Assembly (NCBI GenBank): GCA_002189035.1
Contig: NEEC01000021.1
Coordinates: 930,001-994,000, forward strand
DNA: 64,000 nt
DNA from: Utricularia gibba
Taxonomy: Eukaryota; Plantae; Magnoliophyta
Direction of reading: 5' to 3'
Made by a program: the position numbers and the translations under genes. Under the pieces are notes generated by a model. The model did no database searches. It saw only the letters and a program-made list of their open reading frames with translations, and was not told the DNA's origin. This document shows positions 11,761 through 25,413 of the stretch, piece after piece (the first letter of the stretch is position 1; each line of letters opens with the position of its first letter).

Positions 11761-14700
11761 TCAAAGGAACTGCTGAAGCCATTGACACTCGGCTGCATCT
11801 TTCTCCAAGTCCTCCTTCAACTTTCTGATGTGCTGCAAGGCTTCCTGCAACTCCATATGCTCAAGAGGCAAGTCAGCAAAGCTCTTCAAGAACTTTCGAG
11901 CTCGATCGGCGCCATTGCGCACATCATCCGAATCTTGTTCATGTTTGCGCTTCGCCCCATTCTGCAGATTTCAATGACTATTAGGAAGAGTTGAACCCCA
12001 GATGTGCATGATGAGGAAACAACATACTGTCATAGGTGAAAAGTCTTCAAGCTCAGAAGCCTTTTCCCTGGAGAGGGCAACTACAGTTTCTGGGAAGTTG
12101 GCAAACTCTGCAACATGTATACCGAAGCTCTGATCGCATGGCCCAGGCTCCACCTGCAATACCAGAGCATCAGCATGGTGTGTGGGTGAAGTGGGAGATC
12201 TTTTGCTGAAAGGGAGGACAAGAAGAACCTTATATAGCATAGTGAGTTTGCGGCTTGATGAGTCTATGTGTGCACTGACATGATAGTTAGCTACTCCGAG
12301 GAGTTTCTTTGAGGATTTCTCTTCAGGTGCACTTTCATGAGATAAAGCAGTCAATTCATGGAAGTGACTTGCAAATAATGTGGGTGCTCCGATGGCTTCA
12401 ACAATGTGCTCACATATTGCCCAAGCTAGACCTGGAGTATAAGGGACCATGTGTATCTTAGACAATAATGTTCGACAGAGCCATGTAAGATAACCAGTGG
12501 AGGCAGGGGAGGAGGCTAAAGAAGAAAGCAAGTTCAGATTTTGGGCCTACCAAAACCATCATACGTTGATGTGCCACGACCAAGCTCATCGATTATTATT
12601 AACGACTTGTTGTTAGCTCCTTTCAAGATTGATGCTGTTTCCAGCATTTCCTGCATGAAGGTAGAGACTCCACGCGACTGCAGAAAGAGAGTGAGCTGAA
12701 GTTAGCGAGAATCCCTGTGAGGTAGAATTGCTAGATGATTTTTTTTTTTCTCATTTTGTATATCTGCAGCATGTTTTCTATCAGAAGAATTGTTTTATAA
12801 CAGTTTATGATGCCTTGAAATGACTTGTCAAGACCATGTGATTTGTGCAACTCATAGTGTCTTGATGGCAATCAATCATTGTTTTTAGAATTTCCCTTTA
12901 TTCTTAGACAACTGTTACCTCTTAAGTGAAGGGTAGCCACTTGATACACGTACACACGCAGCAGAGGATTCAACCACGAAAAGACAGATGCAAAGCTAAC
13001 CTGGCAGTCACCAGCTCCAACACGAGCAAATATGCAGTCACGAACAGAAATGCTTGCAGTGTCACATGGAACGAAAGAGCCGATTTGTGCCATTAAGATG
13101 TTAATACCAACCTGCAGACGGATGCCGATTTCAAATTCTGTGCAGAAGATCTTGAATTGAAAATTGTGCACAGTACAGAGTAAAACGCATGCTGATAAGC
13201 TAGAGTGATTCCTACATCATCATGCAAATGGGTAAAATTTAAAGATTCTAATATGGATATCTTTTTAGAGGACAACCAAGGTAAGAATGTGATGAACATA
13301 TGATATGTATTTATTTTCCTCTCTTTTTCATGTTTCGACATGCACCATACCTGCCGTATGAATGTTGATTTTCCACCCATGTTGGGACCAGTAATAATCT
13401 GAAACCAAGTTTTGTTCCTAACCTGTCAAAGCAGTAAAAGTAAAAAAAAAACCGTTTCAAGATTTTATTTTTTCAAAACTACCATATTAAGCAAAGACAC
13501 ACCAGTCTGCAATCATTTGGGATAAAATTCACCCAATCCTGAGCTTCAACACAAGGATGCCGACTTCCTTCTAAAATAATGTCTCCCAAGTCCTGAGAAA
13601 TATGAAATGCAATGCACGTTACATTGAAATACATATATGTTTTAGGAGCTAACCAATTCTTACAGATGGAGTGACGACTGGCCGGGTGTAAGGAGTGGGA
13701 GAACTGGAAGCCAAATCAGCAAAACTTAGTAAAACATCTAGCTCAGACAGTAAGCTGGCCACTCCCTCAAAAACCTAGATACAGAAAATGGCAAGTAACT
13801 ACGAGTTCTACAAAAGTAGCCATCTATAAATTCATTTAGTGAAAACAACATTAAAAAATGCAAGATCTAAAGTTTATCGTAAGATTAAAAACATGTTTCA
13901 AGAGAAATGTACCTCAGAGAAAGTTGCAGCTGTTTGAACCACTCTAACAACCAATTCCTTCTGACAATTCTTATATTCCTCAACTACTTTTTGGTAAAGA
14001 TCGCTGAGCTTCTTAAGCTTTGTATTTGTAAATTTCACACCATCCTTGCGAGTTTCAAGAATAATATATTGGGTATTTAGCTTCTTTCTCACCTTGGGCT
14101 CCTCCTTTTTAGTAATCCTATAGGCATGCCCATATTGTGTCCCTTCTCTAGTTTCAAAGATTTATCAACCACCATATCAAGATCATTGGCTGTCCTTTGG
14201 TGCAAATCATGTATCTGTTGCTCCAGATTGTCTTGCTCTGTTTTCAAAGCTGACAGTTGAGAATCATAACTTGATGAAATCATGTATTCTCCATTCTCAA
14301 GCTGTTCAAGGTCTATAGATGCTTCCACAAGACCAATAAACTTATTCAAATGGTTATCATCCGTCCAAACTGCAAGATGATCCAAGTACCTTTCCTTGAT
14401 AAGTGTAGCAAATGGTCCATCATACTGCTCCAACAAACTTTTGATGAATGAAAGTCTGATGGTCGACTGCATGAAAAAAGATAGTAGAAAGATGTAGTGG
14501 GATCGACAGCAAACTCTAATCAAATTTCAACGTCTCAAAATTTTAATATATATGAAGTGCAGGGAAAACCATCAGTCATGAAAACCACGCTGTTGCACAT
14601 AAAGCGAAGACAACTCCGTCCCATAAATGATGCTCTGTTTATCCCTAAACCCCAATAAATGTTATGTATATTCAGAAAATAAGGCTCAAATTCTGGAGAA

Positions 14701-16613
14701 GTATGATTAACCACAACAAAGTTTCAGTCAGTAATTCAGTTGGAAGGCCGAATTATTTTATCCTCGAAATTTTCAAAGCATCCATGCTCTGCTCCATCAT
14801 GTTGCATGTTTGATATGAAGTAATTGTAAGAATTTACATTTATTTGTCAACACACATCAGAAACTTTTTATGTATAGAGAGTACCTGATACAGTTTGACC
14901 ACGTGAACCAGTGTAGCTCTCTTACTTTCAAGAAAGCGCACCATACGTTGAATATCTGAGATCCTTTTCAAATTTTGCCTCAGATCTTGCCGAAGAGAAG
15001 TATCCTCTACAAACGCCTGCACAAGGTCCAACCTCAAGTTTATCTCACTTACATCTAATAATGGCTGTTTTAGCCAAGTATGAAGCAAACGCTTCCCCAT
15101 TCCTGCTGTACAGGTTCTATTCAGAAGACCATATAAGCTAAAGTTCTTGTTAGCATCTGATTTGCTCTCCATGACATTTAGTGCCCTCATGGCAGCAGAA
15201 TCCAATCTCATATAACGGTCAAGGGAATACCTCTGGATCGTGTAGTGACCATAATTGCTTTCATCTGCCAGTAGATCAGTATAAGATATGATACATTCAA
15301 GAGCCCCCGATGCCAATCCAAATGAAGCAAGTGTATCTTTTATTGGATCAATGGAGCCTTTGACAAGCCTACTAAGATCAGGCACCAAATCCCTTAATTT
15401 AAATTCAACTTTCTTTCTTTCAGTTGCCATTATCCCACACTTTGACAATACATCATATAATGATCTATAGTTGATCGATTTTGTAGCCTCTGCAGGTAAA
15501 AGGCATTCCTTGCAACCCAAAGCAACAAGCGCCGACTCAACATTACTGAAATGGCTATCATCAGGAAACTCCGCCAACCCAAGAATTCTCCTGGTGAGAT
15601 CTATGTAGCCCAATCCAACGGTGCATCCACTTTCTTGGAAGGTTGCAATAACAGCAACAATAACAGCTGAATCCTGCATCTCACAACTAGCAAACAGAAC
15701 TTCTTCAAAGGTGCTGAAATTCCCTGGGCTTGCTCTTTTCAGAAGCCTCCAATTGGCCCCAGTGCCATGGTATAATTCAACAGTATGATCCTTCCTCTCA
15801 AGAAGAAGATCTCTTGCAACAGTCTCAAACATGTTCCTACTTAAACTAACACTAGAAATTATGTCAGAACCAGTTCCAAGCTGGCGCAGAACAGTTGTAG
15901 TGTGGTAATATGTCTTTGCAATGAAAGTTGCATTCTCACCATGGGCAGTGTAGTAATCCTGAGAAGAGACACCTGTTTAAGCGAATAACAATAGAACTTC
16001 ACAAGCATAAAATATTTAGTGCCTTAATCATGAAACCTAACAACTAAAATAGAATTGAATACGTGTAAGATAACGATTACACAAATAGTGTCGTTCCTTT
16101 TATGGACTTTTTATTGAAAATACTGAAACTAGTTGTAGAAAAGGTAACTAAAGGGACATCCTGGATATTCAAGTAAGCCAATATTTTTTCAAAACTTCAG
16201 TGAAACACGATAAATAGTCAAGAAATAGACTATAATGTCACGGCCATATTCGAAGAATATGCAACTAACCCGGCGATCAAAGAATCGAACCGCTCTGGGT
16301 TCCTGCAACATCGAAAGAAGAAATTTATTGGAAGGCTACCATTTATTCTCAAACAAACGTGCATTAAAAGAACAGAATTTAATTCTAACACTGGGTAGGC
16401 TCCTGAAGTACGACAAGAATCCTTGAGCTTGCTTGGCATCTAATAGAGAAAAGAAATCGTGAAAACCAGTATCAGCTTTGAAGAACGAAAAGAAAAAAAA
16501 AAAAAAAACTGCAGAGTAGACCAGACAAAACTATAGATAATCACAAAATAGGGCTCTATCTCACCAAGCTTCAGTTCGGGAAGCTTGCTTTGATCATCAG
16601 AATTATCATCCAT
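11761..16613 (-). CDS. MSH2: DNA mismatch repair protein MSH2; multi-exon; apparent -1 frameshift at 14141-14143
   Basis: N-terminal [28 protein letters not shown], Walker [43 protein letters not shown]-terminal WLQQFL*. Confidence 0.97.
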
Positions 16614-16933
16614 TTCTGAAACGGCGCGGCGGAGGAGCTACGACGAGTTCAAGCTTCTACTTCCAGGGTAAAGTCTAGTCGAACCGTCGTCGATTGCGCC
16701 TTTTTGAGAATTAGGCGGGAAGGATATTATTGGTTCTCGGGATTCGGGTCGGGCCTCGACACCCGAATGGAAATTCTTTTTTTTCTTTTTTATGTTACTC
16801 TAAAAGTATATATACATATATTAAATTCCCAATAATTTATTTTAGGTTTTCATTCAGGAGGAAAGTAACCGCCTCCAATTCCAATTTCGATTGCGATTCG
16901 CGCGGCGGAAGGCGATCGTCTTCACTGAGCACG
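16614..16933. promoter_or_regulatory. Short (320 bp) bidirectional promoter between MSH2 and the Cir_N gene
   Basis: Divergent start codons at 16613 and 16934; E2F-like ggcgggaa (reverse complement TTCCCGCC) at about 16714. Confidence 0.5.
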
Positions 16934-17647
16934 ATGGGTGGGCATGGAGGTTTGAATATTCTTCCACAAAAACGGTGGAATGTATACAATTACGACAACC
17001 GAGAGAAAGTTCGACAAGATGAGGAAGCGGCCGCTAAGGAGGAGCAGCTGAAGCGTGAGCAATCGCGGAGACGTGATTCCGAGCTTAGGCTTGAAAAACT
17101 CCGAGAAGCCCGAGGGATACCTGGTCGCGTCTCTACTCAACTTGATGTGGTTCCATCTTCAGCGTCTGCGCCGTCTGAATCACCAGAAGTTCCGTCGGAA
17201 CCGGAGTCCGATTCTAAGCACATCAATTTGTTTCAAGGGATTAGGATTTTTGACATAGCTAAAGAGTCTGACAGAAAGGAGAGTAAGCGGAAGGGGAAAT
17301 TTGCGGATGATAAGAACAGGACTAAGAAGGTGAAAAAGGAGGAGGTTAGGGTAGTGGGTCCTGAGGATGAAAAATACCGTATGGGCTATGGGGTAGCGGG
17401 GAAAGGCGTGAAATTGCCGTGGTATATGGAGCAGAGGGTAGCAAATCAGAGCAGTGATGATGAAGAAGAAGGTGGGGAGAAACAATATGCAATGAAGCCG
17501 AAGGAGACGAGAAAGATTGGCGAAAAGAAGAGTCTTGAGGAGTTGAGGGCAGAAAGGTTGAACAGAGAGAAGTTGGAAAAGGAAAGAGTTAAGGCTTTGT
17601 TGTCGAAATCAAGGAAAAATGGAGGATTCTCTTCCACAAGGAGATGA
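16934..17647 (+). CDS. Cir_N (CBF1-interacting corepressor N-terminal) domain protein, LENG1-like; intronless
   Basis: MGGHGGLNILPQKRWNVYNYDNREKVRQDEE, KHINLF, GYGVAGKGVKLPWY, LEELRAERL. Confidence 0.85.
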   Translation: MGGHGGLNILPQKRWNVYNYDNREKVRQDEEAAAKEEQLKREQSRRRDSELRLEKLREARGIPGRVSTQLDVVPSSASAPSESPEVPSEPESDSKHINLFQGIRIFDIAKESDRKESKRKGKFADDKNRTKKVKKEEVRVVGPEDEKYRMGYGVAGKGVKLPWYMEQRVANQSSDDEEEGGEKQYAMKPKETRKIGEKKSLEELRAERLNREKLEKERVKALLSKSRKNGGFSSTRR

Positions 17648-18677
17648 AATATATGTAATTTATCGTCTTCAACATTGGTTCATGTATTTTATGCTTTCGA
17701 TAGGTGTGATTCGATTATCATTCTGTTGGTTTCTGAAGATGCAAGTCTGCTTCTACCGTTGATGGATATTGTATCTCGAGTTTGATAATCAGTTCTACAA
17801 TTGGCCAAAATATTGTTTGATAGCATGCCTCTTTAGTGAAGATGAGTGGAAGGATCCCTTTTGTCTGTGCTTAGGAGACCTATTGAATAAATACTTGTTG
17901 AACCATAAGTAGAATAGGAGTTTGAATACCTGCTGGAATGAACTGATGAAGTGCTACATTTTCCTTACAAGCTGGATAATTCGCTTCAATAGTTCATGTT
18001 TCATTAGTGTCTTTTGATTACTCATATGTGAAACCTTGATTCCAAGTGTTATTAGGATCAGAACCAAAACATCATATTTGATATGATGGTGTGTTAAAGC
18101 TTGCCCTTTTCTACAAGTATGCTAAATGATTGACCCTACATTACATGCAGAGAAACTGAGGACCTTTTGTGGTGTTTCCCAGAGTCAAGCATGGAATGCT
18201 TGATGAGCTGAAGCCCAAGTGCCATGTCCTCACCTTGTAGAAGATTTTATATTCCTTGTGAAAACTCTCATTCTGCACTCTTTCCCCTCGAAGGGTCTTT
18301 CTCCGTAGCTTGTTCTGTGCAATACAATGTTCTATTATTCTACACTCTTATGATAATGCACTGCAACCTATCCGGTTGGATGAACATTACTCCACATATA
18401 ATTAATTTTTTACATAGAATTTTTTCCTTGCGGATCACGGGCCAGCCCCATATCATGGCTGTAATTTTTCGGGCCGGGCTGTGATGGGTTATGGGTCGGG
18501 TCGGGTTCGCTCCGCCTCAAAATTCCAATAAACTTCCCTTATTTCCTAAAAAGGAGTTATCCACGTGTTTCACGAATTCGCCAGTTTTAATCTCTAGTTT
18601 CCAAAGCATTGGTTTCTCCCTCGCTTTAGTCCCTTGATTGGTTTTGCGCGAAGTGGAAGTGGAAGCCCTGCGTTTCC

Positions 18678-20769
18678 ATGGACGGCATCTCCTCTGGGTC
18701 CAACTCCACGGGGCCACCCAGCGGTGGCGCTTCTGAGTTCCTTTCCAATCTCCCATCTCGCGGTTTCTTCTCCTCGATTGTCCCCTCCTCGCATCCGGTA
18801 CTTTTACTTCCGTTGATGAAAACCTTTTATTCGCTTCTATTTCATGTGTGCATCAGTGGGAAGCGGGATCCCTTTACAGATTTTGTGTTTTTCATCATAC
18901 CCATGTGTCGGCCATTTTATGGAGGGAAGTTCAAGTGTGTTTAGGGGGGTTTTTTGAGCTTCAGATGGTTTCTTCTTTTTACGTACATTCTCGGTTTGTT
19001 TGAACTGTTGCATTTTGCGTACCTTTGTTTCAAGAAATAAAATAGTTGTGATCCTACTTAATTCAAATGGGCACTTGAGGAGGAGAAAGAGTTTTGTGTA
19101 TTTCATTTTTCTGTTAGATTTACTCAACGTTCAAGGGGCTGAAATGTGTTTACTTTATGGGTGATATGAAATGTGTTTTAAGGCATAGAATGGTTGTGAT
19201 TCCTACTTAATTCAAATGGGCACTTGGTGATGAGGAAGAGTTTTGTGTATTTGATTGTTCTGTTAGATTTAGTCTCCTGGGCAATGCTCAAATCTTTTTC
19301 TGCATCCTTTAATTGCAGGGGGGAATGCGGGTCTACATTTGTGATCATGACACCTCTCCTCCAGGTACTTATCTGCATAGATGTGAATATATCTCTAACT
19401 GTTTTATACCAATATTTTTAGTATCCATGTTATTCAGTCGCTGTTCCTAGTTTCAGTTTGTGAAATAGCCCCAGTTGTACTTCCCAGATGCCTTTTACTG
19501 TATTGTTTAGTTTCGTGTGTCTACTTGGACTTTGAGTTGGGTTGGAAGGCGAAGAGGGAAATAAGAACAATGAATGTAAGATCAGCGAAGATAATTAAAC
19601 AATATCAAAACATCAGTAAAGGAGTAATGCTTTACTGCAGAAGCTGATGGATGAAGCTTAAACTTAACTAAATTTACGTTTCCTCCATTACCTCTGTAAC
19701 TTTTTTTATTTTTCTTGTTTTCTTCAGAGGACCAGCTTATAAAAACGAACCAAGCAAATATATTGATTAGGTCTCTCATGCTTAAGAACTCAAAGGGTGA
19801 TGCTAGTTCGAAAGAGGGTAAATCTACCTCTGCCAGCCAGAGTAAAAAAAGGTTAATGAGCTTGTGCCTCTCTTAATTTCTCTGTTCATGCTCCTTGCCG
19901 GTCCTTGCGGCTGTATTAATTATGCCTACTGCTGTAGTTTATCTCGTGGGTGATTTAACTGACTTTTCAGACTTCTCTTGTAGGATCTTTTTGTTTCTCA
20001 TACTCGTCGCTGTATCTCAGGATTGCAGACAAAGCGCTGGATAAAGCTTCAGGCAAGAAGGCACTTTCCAGTGCGCAACCTTCATCTTCGCACGGTGAGA
20101 TAATTCTCAGCTTTAAAATGGTTATGTTCCCCTTTCCTATCTCCTTTATGCTCTTTTTTTCCCTTCCAGACTGAATTCCGTAAGAGCTTTCTTTGTCATT
20201 CCCTGTGGCTTGCTTTCTAAGGTCACTTTGGTATCTTTAACAGTCAACACATATGCAGCTTTTAATCTTGTTGTTTATGTGTGTGCTCATTTTGGGGCAG
20301 AATCACGATGGAAAGTCGACTCTTTTGATTACTCAGAATGCTTTTTTTAGCACAAAAAACAACTTAGAGACCATGCTGATTTCCAAGAATTGATTGGGTG
20401 GAGTCCAGAGAATTCACATCTTCTATTCTCAAAAAAGATGCCTAGTGATTTGCCTTCCCGTGAATGCAATCTGGTTCATCCTACTTATCAAGGAACTTTA
20501 ACTTCCCATCATGTAGCTTTCTCGCCAAGCACGCAAGACAAGGATATGCTAAGCCTGACCGTGGAGAGACTCCGTGCCCTTCTCAAAGAGAAAGGCCTTT
20601 CAACAAAGGGAAAGAAGGTATTTTGCACCACATCTCTCATCCTGCACCGTCCTCACCTGTTGATACTTATCATTTACATTGTCCATTGATGATCGTATGT
20701 AAAGCTGTGCTATGCTTTCACTGCCTCTAGGACGAGCTTATTGCGCGCCTTAGAGCTGCAAATGAGTAA
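18678..20769 (+). CDS. DDA1: DET1- and DDB1-associated protein 1 with C-terminal SAP domain; 6 exons
   Basis: Spliced translation: [73 protein letters not shown]; exon phases are consistent. Confidence 0.88.
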
Positions 20770-21173
20770 GGATCAAGTGGTACTGCTCCCATCTGTAACA
20801 ATCAAATCCAGGTACTGCACATTCCAATTCCTATGTTGTTTTTTGCTTACTTGTATCTGGATTGGAAGCTTGATCCATTCTGTGCCTCATGTCCCCAATC
20901 CAAAAGTTGATGAAATACTGGAATCAAAGTCCAAGCTTGTGCTCGTTATAAAGTGATGGTTGGGTTGCTTATGATAAAGCCACTATGAGTACGTGTGCTT
21001 GTAGAAGGCACAATGCATTGGGATGAGAAACATATGAATGCAATATGATTATTACATGCGATCAAAGTTTTGATTTCCGCTACAATAAGGCAATAGCCGG
21101 ATTTAAAGTAGGCAAGTTACATACGAATAAGATCCCTGAGTTGAAAGGAAGAAATCAGAGAGCTTTAAGAATC

Positions 21174-23335
<2,162 letters not shown>

Positions 23336-23610
23336 GGCAGCGACGGAGGAACAGCGGAGAAGACACTTCCGTTCTTCCAAAGGTGATGGGTTAGTTCAGA
23401 ATGGGCATCATCAAAATCCCATTGAAGAACAGTAAGCTCCTGGACACTTTGCTTTAGTAGCAGTAAGCCGTTAGGCTCTTATTGGGCCGAACTACTAAGT
23501 GGGCTTTCATGGACTCTTCATTTTTTGTAATAGTAAATAGCTCATTGGGCCTTATTGCTTAATGGGCTTCTGAACAAATTCAGGATTCCTCCTCCCCGCG
23601 TACTTCTAGG

Positions 23611-24810
23611 TATATAAACACCCCAGTTCTTCTTTGTTTTGCAGTGTGTAGAATGGAGTGTGGGGTTTTTTAGTTCATAGATAGGGAATAGGGATTTCCG
23701 AGGAGAGATTTAGGGTCAGGTACGTCTGCCGCTTTCTCATCTTTCCTATTTCGGTTGTTTTTTTTTTTAATCAGGATTGCTTGTTGGTCTTCCTTCGTTT
23801 TGATACCTCAATTTTATGTGCGGTTGTCTTTATTTTTTAGCAATCTGAAGTTGTTGGAGATTTTGCGTTTGGTTTATGTTTTTGATTCTGTGTTCTCAAC
23901 TGTTTGTTAGTAATGTATGAACAATATCTTTAATTGCCTTGGAATTTCGTGTTTTTTTATAATTCTTCCAATATGGAACGAGCTGAACCGTTGTTTCGTG
24001 TTTCTGTTGATAGTCTTGTTGAACTGTGCTCGGTCTGAGTGTTGATCTTGGTTTCTTATGCAGGAATGGCGCTGGTCGTTGCGATTGCCAGTTTCCTCCA
24101 TTCATCCAAAAAAGAAAGAAAAAAAGGCGAAAAAAAAAGAAAAAGAAAAAAGAGGCCTAGAAAAAAGAACATTGCCAGCCTTCCCCGCGATCAAATCAGT
24201 CATTCCATCCCACTGGAATCGCTATAGCGGTTTATTACCACCTTTTTCCATGTGAATCTGCAAGGCTTGGCATTCATCCTCTATCATCTTCTGTCGCAAC
24301 TCAGGTGGCCTTCTCTGATTTTAGCCAATGTATGATAAGGGGTTAGTTGGTATTTTAGGGCTATTTATGGGCTAATTTATCAGCCTGTAGATGCTTGTTA
24401 ATGTTGGAGAAGTTATTCGTTTAGGGCTATGCATACCCTCAAGCTATCTGTTTGAATCTATTTATTCAAGGGGTATTCAAGTTATCAGTTTAGGTCTATG
24501 TAGAGTAGGTGCAAGGTTTTCAACTCCGCCTGTGCAATGTTGCGCAGCCAGTCCCAAGCCTGGTCGAAGGAGGAGGGGAGACTTGATAATTAGTGAGCCG
24601 AATTGCTTGTGCCTTGTTGTATAACTTTGGTATTTGTAGTGAAGATGCGTCTTTTTTAATTTTGATTGATCCTTGAGTGTCCTTCCTCTAGGATCGAACT
24701 GTGCATATAGTTTGTCACAATGTGTGATTGAAGTTCCAGCATTTAGTTTGTGCTGTTGATGCTTTCAAGTGTTGTCTTCATCTTTCTTCTCAGGATGAGA
24801 ATCTTGCGTC
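23611..24810 (+). mobile_element. Copy 2 of the twister-bearing ORF-less repeat, within a putative spliced non-coding Pol II transcript (boundaries uncertain)
   Basis: TATATAAA at 23611; donor CAG|GTACGT (23720); acceptor ttatgcag (24063); A-rich tract at about 24106-24170; weak donor at 24305; acceptor ttcttctcag (24793). Homology to 1-300 spans about 24420-24810. Confidence 0.5.
24514..24584 (+). ncRNA. Twister ribozyme, type P1 (copy 2); predicted cleavage between C24521 and A24522
   Basis: P1 AGGUUUU/GAGACUU; L1 CAA; P2 CUCC/GGAG; T2 GC/GC; P3 CUGUGCA/UGCGCAG; P4 CCAG/CUGG; L4 UCCCAAGC; G24573, A24574; T1 GGG(24575-24577). 50 of 57 core nt are identical to copy 1. Confidence 0.88.
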
Positions 24811-25413
24811 AAGTCTTATACTCCACAAGAGGTATCGGCAAGACAAAGAGATAAGCAGTGGGAGACAGCAAAGCAAGATTTACGGCACGGTGCTGTTACA
24901 GGCTATTAAAAATGGTAAACGTACACAGACAGAACCATGCAGTTGTGGTTACAGAAGCAGCAAGCTCTGTAAACAACCATACTGCATTCGCATATTGGCA
25001 ATGTCAACACATTGTGCTTGTGTCGCTTTATCCTGACGGCAAAAAAGATGTGGTTTGGTGCGAAGTTTGAAGAATTGAGATCGAGGTGGGATTGCCCATA
25101 GGCAATTGAAAGTGAGGCTGATTTTTCGCACTTTCGGGAACTCTTCTTGGCTTCAAAACAAATTGGATCCCCAATCTACATGTGTCAGGCCGTAAGGGGC
25201 CGTAAATTGTGTTGGATTTAATTTCAATGGTGACAACAGCATGCGTATAAAAGCGCTCAACTCCGCTGTTTCGGAAGCTTCTCGTGTCACTCCGTTCTTC
25301 TCGGCTGCTGGTTTACTTCTCTCTTTTGAGGGGTGCTGCTGGTTCTGCTTCTAACATATCAGGGACTAGAATTCTTTCTAAGTGGGCTTCCGCCGGTTTG
25401 ATCCTCTACGCCC

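Noticed and set aside
24039-24255. Lys-rich ORFs of 62-65 aa
   Set aside because: They arise from a low-complexity A-rich tract and have no recognisable domain.
24008-24286. Solo LTR bounded by TGATAG...CTATCA
   Set aside because: The flanks (tctgt versus tcttc) do not form a direct 5-bp TSD and no PBS or PPT follows.
24713-25235. Tat/Ogre-like solo LTR bounded by TGTCAC...GTGACA
   Set aside because: No TSD (tagtt versus acagc), and the boundary would cut through the block shared with copy 1.
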